From Octopus bimaculoides (taxonomy: Eukaryota), in contig NC_068981.1 of assembly GCF_001194135.2 (NCBI RefSeq), forward strand, positions 37,172,919-37,236,918: DNA of 64,000 bases, read 5' to 3'. The notes under the pieces are model-generated. The model was not told the DNA's origin, searched no databases, and saw nothing but the letters and a program-made list of their open reading frames with translations. The number at the start of each line of letters is the position of its first letter. Position 1 is the stretch's first letter. A program made the position numbers and the translations under genes. This document shows positions 27,188 through 40,270 of the stretch, piece by piece.

Positions 27188-27372
27188 TGCCTCTGTATTT
27201 GTCACCCCACCGTCGCTTGACAACCGATGCCCCCGCAACTTTGCGGTCTGGTAAAAGAGACCAATAGAATAAGTGTTAAGCTTACAAAGAATAAGCCCTG
27301 GGGTCAATTCGTTCGACTAAAGGCAGTGCTCCAGCATGGCCATAGTCAAATGACTGAAACAAATAAAAGAGT
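26982..27372 (+). mobile_element. Near-complete SINE family B (octopus OK-like) with an internal (TG)n
   Basis: A-box-like TGGCTGTGTGGT and B-box GGTTCAGTCCC (~27037), then GACCAAAGCCTTGTGAGTGGATTT...GAAACTGAAAGAAGCCC, a (TG)n tract, and a 3' half ending ATGACTGAAACAAATAAAAGA. Confidence 0.85.
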
Positions 27373-27559
27373 ACTGGTTAAATTACAGTGGCTGATAAAA
27401 TTGTCTTTACCCTTACAATATATTTTTGTTGTTTATGCGTTAAAAATGACTGTTATTATTATGACAAGGAAAGGCAGCAGACGGTCGAACGTTTTATCTT
27501 TACAAGCTTTTTGAAAACGCCTGTCTCGATGAACAGATCTTTTGATTTTATTTTTCTGT

Positions 27560-28890
27560 GGGTTTCGGAAAATATATTATTTCCAGTTCTTTTTGCTATC
27601 AGGTTTTCTCGATGGAGAACTCAATGAATTGTGAAGACAGGATTAAATTCTATCCATCTGGCAACAAGAATCTAGGATTTGCCAATCATAGACGGTGCTC
27701 CGTCAGTGCTATTGATATGAGGTTGAGAGGATCAGTGCCATTTTTAGTAAGATAATCCATGATTGCATTGTAGATCGTCTCTCCTGTGTTTTTCAGTACA
27801 GTTTTCTTGAAGAGTAGGTTTTCACAAACTGTGGTACCTTTTACATAGTGAGCTAAGGCAAGGACAACACATTTGTTGCCAAAAGTGCAGTCATCCACCG
27901 TCAACGAGAATCTGCAGTGTCGCAAGTCTTCTACAACTATTGATTCAACATCTTTGGCCATTTCACAAATGCAGGAAGATACAGTGTTGTTTGAAAGTGG
28001 AATGCTTGCTAAAACTGAGGCAGAATTTGTCACATTAGCAACTTTATATGCTTCAAGTATGGAGGACCTAATCAGATCTTTGCCAATGGTATGTGGGCTA
28101 CACTCTTTTGCTATCATGAGCGAAATGTCATAGGATGCCTGCGGACCAGAACAATTGTTAATATGGATGAGGAAATTTTTGAGCGATGAAGATGAGACAT
28201 TTTTTTGTGATGATATTCTTCAAAGTACTCCTTTGGCTTGCCAAATAAACCAGGATGGATTTTTGTAGATGATACAACAATTTCGAGGGTTACATTGAGT
28301 CATTAGTTAATACTATATTTGATACAAAACCATATTTGATATAATCTTCGTGATATCATCTACAGAATCTTTTTTCCGAGTCGGTGGATGGAGAATTAAG
28401 GAAACGTTTTTCCATATCACTGACAGCAAAATTTCTACAGATTACAATTAGACTAACACTTGCGTAAAAATGTATGTACCTGGACAGATAATACGATATG
28501 TTGGGTAAACTGTAAGAACTGCAGTTTCGTTAGCAATCCTCAATTTAAGTCAGGTAGAAAACACAATCGCATTGACTGGCCGAGAACATACAATTTTGTG
28601 TGTGTTTTTAATGCACGCAAACGTAGATCTGATTGTACATGTCTGTATGATTGGATAGCTAATCGTCCAATAGGCAATGAGTGCACTCGGATGTGCTCAC
28701 ATATATGCGATGAGGCATATTTTGTTTGCAAGACATATGTGTGTACGGAAAAATTTTAATTCTTCAGGTGGACCACAGAAAATTTTCCATGGACCATCTG
28801 AGTTTTCCTGTGGATCACCTGGATTTTCCTTTGGACCACCTAGTGGTCCACATGGACGAGGTTGCATTAAGGGCTTTCTGCACTAAAAGC
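27560..28890 (-). mobile_element. hAT transposon (Buster/Charlie, SCND3/ZBED5-like), N-terminal half of the transposase plus 5' subterminal region
   Basis: ATG at 28415 (minus). Translation gives YHEDYIKYGF, NDSM*PSKLL, ASYDISLMIAK..PHTIG, IPLSNNTV, FSLTVDD (first catalytic D) and TDGAPSM (second D region, ~27690). Clustered GGACCA/TGGTCC subterminal repeats lie at 28770-28860. Confidence 0.85.
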
Positions 28891-29513
28891 CTAAAAGAAT
28901 AAAAACAGCATAAACAAATCCTGGATGTTACTAGTTTTAAATTGACAACAGGTGCAATCCTCATTACCAAGAATGAATCACGAGATTTGACTCTGTTTCA
29001 GTCATGACCAATGAAAAGAAGGAGAGACACCCATAACAACAATAATGGCTTGTAGTGAGCACTCAGGAAGAACGACTTGATAGTAGTATCACATCATCTA
29101 CTAATGAAGGGCAAAGGCTGTTGGAGTTAAGTTGACTACCTTAAAAAGAAAGAAAGAATGAAAAGGACACAGTAGAAAACTACATATAAGAAGCAATAAA
29201 AACAACAATATGGGTACATCTGTGAAGAAGAAACAGTCTCTGCTTAGGAAGAACTCATGTCCAGTGAAAATGAACTTGATATTTTGATAATCTTCTCTGA
29301 ATGAAATTAAATTCACAGTCTTTCACAAAAAAATAATGGAAAAAAAAAACAATGCTCTAACAAGACTCATACAATTTACACAAGAATTTTCAGATGAAGT
29401 ATAGATCAAAATGGAGTTGCATTTTAACCAGCAAATAGGTTTATAATCTAGATGTTGATTCTTGATACTTAACTTCTTGTTAGCCTTGATCAAGTACCCT
29501 TATTAATAAAGAA

Positions 29514-29541
29514 ATTCCATCCTTGACCATCCCATCTTTTT
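29514..29541. repeat. Core of an unclassified dispersed repeat; inverted partner at 31315-31342
   Basis: ATTCCATCCTTGACCATCCCATCTTTTT; its reverse complement matches AATAAGATGGGGTGGTTATGGTTGGAAT at 23/28 positions (manual alignment). Confidence 0.5.
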
Positions 29542-30249
29542 GCATATCATGGAAAATATTGTCAAATGCATCAAATTTTTAAAATTTAAGATGGTTGAGT
29601 ATGACCTAAGAGAGATTTTGATAGGTCAAGTGATGACATAAAGGTTTTAACAGCTTGTAATCTTTTTTTTTTATATATGTATCACAAATTCTATTAGACC
29701 ATAGGCAAGAATGCTACAAAATTTATCTTGTGCCTATGTAAGCAATCAGTTTTTACTTTAACATGTCCTTTTTTATTCCCTCTGCACAGAAAATACTCTC
29801 AAAAACAGGAAATAAATAAAATCCATTTTCTCCAAAATATTTTTTATGCTATCAACTTATACGAATATTTCATTATACAATACGTTTTTGAAAATTTGGA
29901 AAATATTTTAGAAAAATTAAATTTTTTTATTTCTTCATTAATCTCTTCATATTTAGTTGTTGAAGATGCAAATCAAGGGAGAACAGCTTTAATATAATAA
30001 ACTATAGTGATAGGGAAAAATCTGGTTTAGTAACCTGGCTATAATAATAATCTAAATATCTTTACACATTGCATGTAGCTTTAAAAGCTGCATACATTAT
30101 TCATTTTATTAAATTTCAATATTTTTTTCCTTCTAAAATTCAATCTCTCCTATTTTCTCTAAGTAGAAAATACACAGTTTTTATTTTCAAATTTTCTTTT
30201 TCTCTTATCCTCTTATGACTTTCAAACACCATCATAAGCATGCATATGT

Positions 30250-30381
30250 ACATACACACACACACACACACACACACAATATATATATATATATACATAC
30301 ATATGTACATGTTTATATATTATATATATTCATATATATATATATTGCACAAATGCATATGAATATACATACACATATATG

Positions 30382-30440
<59 letters not shown>

Positions 30441-30480
30441 ATGAAAAAAAAAATTAGTGTATATTCATAAATATATATTC

Positions 30481-30535
<55 letters not shown>
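30250..30535. repeat. (CA)n/(TA)n/(TG)n microsatellite cluster
   Basis: Directly visible. Confidence 0.95.
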
Positions 30536-33500
30536 TAGCTGCAGATCAGACAAACTACACAAATATAATCTGAAGCAAAGAAAAAAAAATGTGTAGTCAG
30601 ACAAGTGAATGCATGTACCTGGAAAGCATAGAAATATGTTTTACCTGATCATCATTATCATCCTTCAACGTGGTTGAACAACCAATCCTAACCAGTCAGG
30701 ATTTACAGTTCAATCAACTTCCACACCCAACTCTGGTTATTGATTCAGTAAAACTATTCATTCAATCACTGAATATGAAAACATGGCCTGGGTGATTTTT
30801 CTGAGTCACCATCTCATACTTGTAGCTTCCTTTCAATCTGTTCATCTCCCCACGTACAAGGTAGTCAGAGCCTTTTCTTCCCTTTTTATTTCTTACGCAA
30901 TATTGGATAGCCATTGACTCTCCTGAGTCCTTCAGCCCTTTGTTGTATTTTTTTTTTATCCCACTAGGTGTCTGATAATCTCTCGTCATCACACAAGCCT
31001 GGTGGGGTTAGCACTTTAGTTGCTGAAAACTCGACCATGCAACAAGTTGTACTGGGTTATATGTTACTTATAGTGCATAAGAGCAGCCTGACACAATATT
31101 GATGCATTAAGAGACATTTGGCTTTCAGTTCATTAGGTTGTTCTGTTTTATACTGATGACATTTTAAGTTCTGAGCTAATGAAGAAGCTTCAACACAGTT
31201 ATTGTTTCTGCTTGAAAGAGTGATACTATCTCCATCAAATCAAGCTTTGCCACCTTATAAAAAAAAGGTCATATTGAGGAATTTGATTCTAGATGCATTT
31301 ATATCTGAAGGGAAAATAAGATGGGGTGGTTATGGTTGGAATATCTTTGTATGTTTGTTCAGTCCATCTTAACATGAGGTTAAATGAAAACAACATTACA
31401 ACTTTCAAAATGATCCTAAAAAAACAGAACAGCAATGTTAAAAATCAAAACAAGAATTCATTAAAGACTATATAGTGTTTGAAAATATAATTTTCACACA
31501 AAAGTTCATATTTTTGGGAAATGTCATTGTTTTGACATGTGCCTTTTATCAGAAAAGATAACAGAATAGTTAAAGAAAAAGAAGAAAAAAAGAAAGAAAA
31601 ATTTATCATTTGTGTGATATATTATCAAATTGTAAATGTATTATTAAATTTATATTGTAAGTAATTAGATGTAATGTCTAGAAATTTATCAATATAACCT
31701 ATCTAATGGAAAATCTAGAAGTCATCATGGCTAGCACACTTATAATTGTGTTACAGTTTAGAAATTTTATTCGAAATACTAAAGTTTTTCATAAGGGTAT
31801 ACTTATAATTCTGTAAAGTTCTTCAAATTTTATTTTAAATAGTAAGTTCTTCATGATAAGAATGATTTGTGCCAGTTGACCTTTAACAATTTTAAGCTCA
31901 GAGTTGCTGTCAGCAACTACAATGATTTTATCATATAAATGTAAACTAAATCTCATTGTCAATAAGTTAAGTCAGTTGTATGAACACCATTCCTATTAGT
32001 CACTATGTATACTTATTCTAAATTAAGAAATATCTAATCAAAACTTTTACTAACATATAAACACCACATCCTATTCTCAATAGTTTCTTCCATCACATTT
32101 ATAGTTCATTGCTACAGCCCAGGTTTCTATGCTTAGTCAAACTTCAAACTAAACTGTTTTGTCTGTGCGTATAGAGATTCTAATCTTTCCATTAATCTCA
32201 TTTCTCCCCTGGATTTTAGCAACAAAAATTATTAGGCAATGTAGCTAAGAGTTTCTGTCCTTAACTTCCCACAACAAAAACTTACTGATCATATCTCTTC
32301 TCATATCACCCCTCCTTGAAATCATTGCTCTTCAAGACTCACAACTCAGCTCTCATAGTCATCTGATAATGATTCCAATGGCATAAACCCAAATTCTCTA
32401 CAATCCTAAACTTTCTTGCATCAACTAGTTTCATCCACTAACTGCATCCTGACATACATAAAAATATTCCACCAAACACCTGCGATCGTTTTCTCATTCT
32501 AAATGCCTACCTTTTCCCGAGAACCTATCAGATCAACTGACTACAAGCTTATCATGACTACAAACCACATATCACACTATGTCTCCCACCCTCATACAGT
32601 AAATCACTTTAAGTCAGCTGGACTTGCACTCGGTAGTCACCTACTAGTACTTGAGGCTCATAATCTCAAATCACATATTCACCTGCTAAGCAGGTAAATT
32701 CTTTCATTGCCACTTCTTTGTTTCCTATTGTTGATGCATTACTAAACTGCACTGATTTTTCATTGAATTTTGTAAATCGAGTTGGCTTTATTTTTCATTT
32801 GTAGTCCAAATCTTGAAGAAAGACTGTCTTCTATTGTTGCAGGGAACTAGTATTGTGAATCCAGATAGTATTAGTCCTGTTATACTTTTGCCATTTTGTC
32901 TCATATTGTAGATCTAAGTTGCTACTTTCAGTTACCCTGTGGATATTTGTAAAGCTTCTGTGAATTTGTCCTTTCCCCAATGGTTCCAGTAGAACAATGT
33001 TGTCAGCTTAGAACTACTTAATAATGTAATGTAAATTGCTCTATTAAACTCATCCAAGGCAGAGTTCTCATTGTCAAGTTCTTAGAAGTACCCTGCAAGG
33101 TCTTCTGTGATATTTACTATACTTGTAACAAAATAGACAGTTAAGTGTTAAGTGGCCATGTGTACACACACATATACATATCAATGTTTAGACAGTTACA
33201 TATGTATCCTCCTATCTAGTCTATCATAAAACAGATGAAATGGAAAAAGGAATACAATATTGAACTGCAACCTTATAGGTTTCCAATACGAATCAATTAC
33301 AAATATTCTGTTGATATTTAGGGCAATTCACCTAATTACACATATATCAATTCAACAAGATATCTGGAACAGGTCGCACAACTTCTCAGAATATAACCTC
33401 TGATAGTATTGGGATTTATCAAATAAAGAATTATAATTTATGTGTTTATAAATGCCCATAGATGCTAGCAGCTAGTTAAGAACAAACTGATATGAGCATT

Positions 33501-36029
33501 TTAAGTTACTGGAGGCAGTTCAATTGTAGATTCACTTTGAAAATGTATAACTTATCAAGTAGAGGAAATAATATTCAATAAATTGCAAATAGAATTTACT
33601 CAATCTTTCTAAATCTGTTTATACTACCACATGATCTTTGGAAAGTTTTAGTGGAATCTGGTCTGTTGCAAACATTTGAAACAAGATACTGTTCTAAGAA
33701 TATCAGGATCTTCTTCCCTTCTCCCATCAGTCTTGGAAGTCCTCTAAGCAGTTAAAACTATTGCCACTGTTATTCCTCTTTAGACTGATCCATCAAATGT
33801 GATTTTATAGAATAAAATACAAAATCAGGGAAAACATAGATGGTGTGTATTAGAGTCAATTAGGCTATAAGAGGACTGGTTACTAATTAGATTTTTAAAA
33901 TATCCTTTATATAAGTCGCTTGTAAATTTTATATTACTTAATCAGAGAAATAATGTGGGATCTACTGATATATTTGTTTTTGCAACTGGTTCTACCAAGA
34001 ACAGTCTACCCTTTCAGAATTAAAGAAACTTCTGAGAGAATCAAGTATATTACCTGGTTTTGATTCCTGGCTCTGATTACTTTTGAGTAAAGTATGAGTG
34101 CCACAACATTTCTACATCTTTTCAAATCTCAGGTATTGGTGTCCATGAAAGAAATCAATATAGTTTTTCTGTTATATTAAACCTCTTTAGTGCACCTGTT
34201 GCTCCTGATCTAAATTCTCTGCACTTCAGCCATTCAGAAGCATTTTCTGTTATAATAGCATCAATAGTCAGTTAGTTACCATGGTTACAGTCAGATCACT
34301 ATCACATTATTGGCAGTTAGTTTCAGAGAAATTATTGTGGTCATAGGAACTTTATGCATGACATGCAGAAAAGAATTGTAAACTAAGGAATGATAAAGTA
34401 GGTTATCAATTGCTGGGTAGAATCCTATTACTGATGGCCTAAGTTCCCAAGTGGTTTAGTTATGACTCAGGATAAAGAAAATCTGTTAGTTGATCCAACA
34501 AATAAACCAACCATGAATTTGCTTTTTCTCTTTTGCACATGTGAGTTTATTATATTATATTTCCTTTCGTTTACCTTTTTCTTTTCAGAACCTGAGGTCA
34601 TGGAGACTGTTATTAAGGGAGCCTCCACAATTTTGAGGCATTTAAATAGTACTATGAGGATAATAAAAGCAAAAGCTGAGAATTGTTGACAAACAGATTG
34701 CACGGATGCCATCACATTGCAACAGGCTGTAGAGATAAGGAATTTCCATTGATTTCATTCAATTCTCTAAACCAACTTTTTGGATAAATGTGCCACCATT
34801 TACAAATAGAATGCCAGGGTCTTGAGTAATGGGTGATGACTCAATGCAGCATTTATAATATAAAATAATATCTGAAAATGTTTGATGCTGAATAAAGAAA
34901 ATTGTGAAACACTCACATATTACAAAAGGATAATATATTCACAGGCTTTATTTGGCAGTTTATATTTTGTATTTATAGATTTTCTTCACTTTAGATTATT
35001 TTCCTCAGAGCTACCAATGCACAGATTTAACACTAAGCCCAGCCTTATGCCCTCATTGATTATCGCTGAGCTATTTGTTACTAGGCTGTCAGTGCAGTAC
35101 AACAATTTACAAGTTTTACAACATCACTGAATTTCCACATCAACTCATATTTCTTAGTTTCAGTGAAAAGATTGCCATGAATTAAAGAGTTCATGTCATC
35201 AGCTAACAATTCCATTAATTCAAATAGAATTTCTTCAGGATTTTATAAACCTGTTTCCCAGTAATTTGAATTTAGAAGGAAGTAGATTGTATATATTAGG
35301 AAAGATTTTAGGGTTAATATCATTCAACAGACTTCAAAACCACAAGTAAAATCAAACTGAAATGTAATAATTGTTAACTATAAATTTAGATATAAAGTTA
35401 ACTGTTGTTTAATAATACATTTATTTCAATTTAGTGTTAAATGAAAATATATTCAATCGTCTTTGGAATTGTATTTTTGTTATTGTATATATTTTATTAA
35501 AAGTGATTCAGTACAAATATTACTGTGATGGCTCTCTAGACTGTTTCTGTCTCTCTCTAAACAATAAAAATAAATTTATTCTAATGAAACTTGAGTCTCC
35601 TATTGAATAGAAGCTATTTTTCTAAACTTTACATTGTAAGAAGATCTTTTTGAAATTTTATTTTAGTTTAGATTTGCCTTTACAGTTTTACGATACAATA
35701 GAAAATAATTATCATATTTAAAGACTCAGTAAGTAGAAAAATACTCCTCAAAGAAATGAGTACTGTTCAGAAAATGGAAAAATACCTTTCTATCAATTCT
35801 CTAAAAAGGAAATTTTTCTTAACAGGATAATATTCTGGTAGAAATAAACATTTTCTTTCTGTTTTGGTATTTATTTTTTTCTTTTTCTCATAACGCACTT
35901 GAACACAAAATAATTTCTCACTGTTGTCTCAATTTCTGTAGTTTATATTAAAGTGCATAAATTTTAAGAGTTGTTTCAGAATTGATATTTAAAAAAAAAA
36001 TTCCATAGCATGTACTATACAATTATTGT

Positions 36030-36142
36030 ATCATCCTCATCCTCAACATCATCAACATCATCATCATCATCATCATCATTATTATTATTGTTATTATTAT
36101 CATCATCATCATCATCGTCACCATCATCATCACCACTATCAG

Positions 36143-36175
<33 letters not shown>

Positions 36176-36200
36176 TATTATTATTATTATTATTATTTAT
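36030..36200. repeat. Compound (CAT)n/(TAT)n trinucleotide repeat
   Basis: Directly visible. Confidence 0.95.
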
Positions 36201-36639
36201 CAATTAAATCTGAAATGACAATAAAGCAATTTCTCTCCGTATAAAACAAAGTTCCATGAAATCTTTTATTAATTAGATTACTAGTAGAATTTGGGTCAAG
36301 AGTATTTTGTTTGATATTTCGATTTCATCTGCTGGTACTGACAAATGCTAGACTCTTTTATACAATAATCATAAAGTAAACATATGAATCCTCTCAGTAA
36401 TCATAGCATTATCACTCTTTTATTAATAATCTCTATGCCTCTATGAAAAGCAATTAAATATCTTGATAATGGAATTGTCAAGTATTTTATGATTTCTATC
36501 ATTGAAATTTTTTTCAATAATCAGTTCATCTTTTACGATACACCTTTGATGATAAAGTTGTCAAGGTTCATATTCTGAAGGATCGACTGGTTTTGAAAAG
36601 TACTAAGGTTGAAGTTTTACAGCTCATCATTATCATCAT

Positions 36640-36870
36640 CATTACCATTCTCCTCAACATCATTATCATTTAATGTTCATTAAATGTTGCCATGGGATGG
36701 ACAATTCAGTCAAAAAAATTGTAAGCCAGAAAACTGTGCCAAACTTTACAGTCTAATTTGGTATGGTTTCTATGGCTGAATGCTCTTTCTAATGTCGACC
36801 TCTTTACAGAGTGTACTGGGTGCTTTTTATGTGGCACCAACGCCAGTGATGTCCCCCTAGGAACTAGTTA
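36640..36870 (-). mobile_element. Dispersed SINE/LINE 3'-end repeat (second copy at 41415-41625)
   Basis: Both copies share CATGGG(A/T)TG(G/A)ACA, a GG(A/C)(T/C)G(C/T)..TTC.TAATG(T/C)C-type motif and TACTGGGTGCTTTTT, and both follow a (CAT/CAC)n tail. Confidence 0.6.
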
Positions 36871-37784
36871 GATAAGAGCTCTCGGTTGAGTGAGGAGTAG
36901 AATTGAGGTGATGAGAGGTTAAAGTATGATAGAAGAACAGAAACAACTGTCTTATTGTAGAGAAGTCACATGGCTTCCCCAGTTGCAAAAGAGAGAGAAG
37001 TAGAGAGAGAAGACGAGAGACAAAGAGAGAGAAGTTGATGGTGAAAATGTTCTGGGTTGTACCCTCAAGTTACAGGGACATGAATTTAAGTGAAATAATA
37101 CAGAGGATTGGACTGGGTAACAGGGCAGGTAATTTCTCAAGAGTGCAACAGGAGAGTGAGAGATAGAGACAAGGGAAATGCAGTGTGTTGTGAACATAGG
37201 TGGAGGAAGGTGGTTTTAGGAATATGATTATTTGGAGATAGATTCGTCAAGGACTGATAGAGTGCAGTTAAGTTCACAAGAGGATATCTATTTCATGTGT
37301 GTTCAATATGCTTGTTGTTCCTGCACATCTGCCACACACAAAGACCATATTTTCTGTTAACATCCCTATGATTCTACTACCAAATTAGCACATGCCAGAT
37401 GAAAAATTTTCTATGTTTACATAGGCTGCTAAAAATAGCAATCAAATTATCCTTGAAACATACTGTGTCATCATAAAATGTGAAGTACAGAAGAAATATG
37501 GGATATGTAGTCTTGAATATTATGTCTGAATAAAACTAGGATACAGTTGGAACACCTCTATCCATAATTGTACACAAAAATAGCAGATGCAAAACAGCAG
37601 TAATAACTAATAGTGTAATGTATAAGTGCAGATTATGGAAGATTTTGCCTTGAAAGACATTAGCCAATGCATAAATTATCACTGATATTGGATGTTGTCT
37701 CATTGTATTTAATAAAGGGGTAATATCACAATACTTGAGTACCAATATTTAGATAGCTTGTGTTTGTTAAATTAATTGAGTTTA

Positions 37785-37930
37785 TAAGTAGCAGTAATCT
37801 TGGCTATGTGATTAAGTTGTTTGCTTACTAAACACATGGCTTCTGGTGCAATTCCACTCTGTGGCACCTTAGAATGATCAATGTCTCATGAGTAGAATTT
37901 GATAGATGAACATTGTATGAAAACCCATGC
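37785..37930 (+). mobile_element. Degenerate SINE family B head
   Basis: TGGCTATGTGATTAAG..TTTGCTTAC..CACATGG..TTCCACTCTGTGGCACCTT, homologous to 26982. Confidence 0.55.
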
Positions 37931-38049
37931 TTTGAACTATTGATGTAATCATGAGGTTCTAGAATTACGAGACGTAAACTTAATTCTGTTGGAATTTACT
38001 TCAGAGACAATAACCTTGTTATTAATACTTCTAGGGGGATGGTTAGTAT

Positions 38050-39385
38050 TAGCTAAATTAATGCTAGTATTAGTAATTGGATTCTTATTTAACAGACTAA
38101 CATTATGTGAGGAGATAATTTGTGAGAGATTTTTGTGCTGGAAAAACCAATCCTAACCGTGTGCGAGTTGATAATCGAGTAATACCTAGAATTCTTTGGA
38201 AAATTCCTAATAATAGCTTCCAGAAACTGGAAAGGAAGATTAGATTTAATTTGCTTCCATAAGGAATAATCAGCCAAATAGTTTTGCTAGTAGTCGCCTT
38301 ATTTTTTGTGTAACTATCTTTAAAAGACACCAATTTACCTTTAGAATGAAAAAATGGGTTCTGTTTTGGTGTTGGCGTATAAATTAAAATTGAAATCGTT
38401 CATATCGTTACAACTAAATTTTATGTCTCCATTACTAAAGGTAGAATAAGACTGAATAGAATTAATGTAGGTAACTTTTTCTGTATAACCTGCTTTAAGT
38501 AAGGCAGAGTTATAAAATTCAGCCTTATTGAAAATGTCAACATTAGCAGATAACTTAGACAATCTAAATGAAATATTCTTAACTAAGTTCTTAGTGACTG
38601 CTCTAGAATGATTACTGAATACTTAAGATTGGTTGATTGTTTGTGGTATGGGAAGTACGAATTATTGTGTAAATTAAGTGTAATATCTAAAAAGTAGGCA
38701 TCAAAAACGATGCATAAGCCCATTCTACGGAAAAACGTAACTAAACTACTCTTAACCTTTTGTACGTTTTGGTTAGAAACATTTTGAATGTAGAGTGAAC
38801 AATCATCACGATATAGACTTCCATTGATTCTTGGGAACTAGTCTGCCATTTCATAAAGTATATATATACCGACCAAATCAGCTATTTGAGCTGAATCAGA
38901 ATTTCCGAACGTAACATCAAAACCATCGGGTGTATCTTTACGGACCCACAGCTTGTTATCAAATTTTATGACAGATTTTCTGGCAGCCAACACGACATTA
39001 ATCTCTTCCCTGGTGAAACCAGCTTTGTTGTGAGCTAGCCAGAGTTTCTTATTAAGCACTATTGTGTTCACGGAGGAATAGAAGCTAGAAATGCCAAACT
39101 GGATAAACTTAGTGCTACTTGTATTAATAATAGAACTAAACAAGTCAACGACTTGGAACGAATTGGACCATAAACTAAGCTTTAATTTTTTAACTAAGGT
39201 AGGAGTAAATTTATCTAGAATTTTTCTACTAAGTACATCGATCAGAGCTAGAAGGACAGATAAGTCGTAAGGATGGGTTATTAAAAAAATTGTTTATGAT
39301 CTTATAAAATAAAACGAGGTGGCTTAGGATCAAGTGGTTCTGTCTTCATCTGTAAGTTATACTTCTCCATAAATTTCCTGTGGCA
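38050..39385 (-). mobile_element. Penelope-like element A (RT and linker, GIY-YIG absent), pseudogenised
   Basis: DHKQFFNNPSLRLICP, KFIQFGISSFYSS, FDVTFGNSDSAQIADLVGIYIL, SLYRDD (~38795-38812), EFYNSALLKAGY and FLEAIIRNFPKNSRYYSIINSHTVRIGFS all match the FDVTMG-type PLE RT family. Confidence 0.88.
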
Positions 39386-39655
39386 AATTTGTGAAGGAAA
39401 GCATCTTTTGCTCATCATCCTCTAGATCTTAAAGTCTTGCAGACATTTTAGTCACAGATACTGTTTATTTGTAGGTATGGATTAAGAGGTTGCATTCTCT
39501 CCCCAAACTTTACTCTTGTTGGGCTGGTTGCTCCAATAATAATAAGTATGAAGCTAACGATGCATCTTGGGTACTGGATTTGCAAACATCTTATTTATAG
39601 TCCACAGATGTCCTCTTCTGTATTTTTCTGATCACATTGATGTTCAGAGGGCAAC

Positions 39656-39656
<1 letters not shown>
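39383..39656. repeat. ~274-bp segment duplicated in direct orientation at 43718-43991
   Basis: The two copies align end to end from GCAAATTTGTGAAGGAAAGCATC to CAGAGGGCAACA, with scattered substitutions (roughly 90% identical by eye). Confidence 0.92.
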
Positions 39657-39714
<58 letters not shown>

Positions 39715-39829
39715 TACTTGGAAAAGAATGCGTGGCATTCGATCATATAATAATATAAATAATATATAAATATATGCATATATACATACATATATGTACA
39801 TACTTACATATTTATGTATATATACATGC

Positions 39830-40270
39830 ATATATGGGTACAGGAATTTAAAAAAAGCGTAGACACAATGAGAAACGAGAACATGAAAAACAAAAACATA
39901 GAAAACGAACTATTTTAAAAAAAAAACTAACAAAGAAATGAGACATGCAACATAAAAAACATTCCCTTCATCAGTTGTCCCCTGTTTTATCTACTCTGCG
40001 TTTTGAAGGTAAGGACAAGACGCGACTTCGTTAAAACAGTCCTTCCTGCAAAGCAAATTAAATAAAATTTGGGATTTTTTGCGGAGGGTGAAAGTGGTAA
40101 CAAAAACAGGACAGTGAGAACAACACAGTAAAAACAAACGGCGAGGGCTGTTAAGCTAAAACAATGTATGTTGGCAAAAAATAGAAAACAGTGACGAGGA
40201 AAACAATACACCTATGTTATTACGTAAATATACCCCCATGGTATTTGTACTGCTGCGTTTGCACCAATGA
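39830..40270 (-). mobile_element. Probable PLE 3'-end/pLTR-like repeat beside (TA)n
   Basis: Pyrimidine-rich minus strand with a decayed ACGAAG...CTTCAAAAC motif (39995-40040) and CTGATGAAGGG (39964-39974). Similar layout to the other PLE ends, but poorly conserved. Confidence 0.4.
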
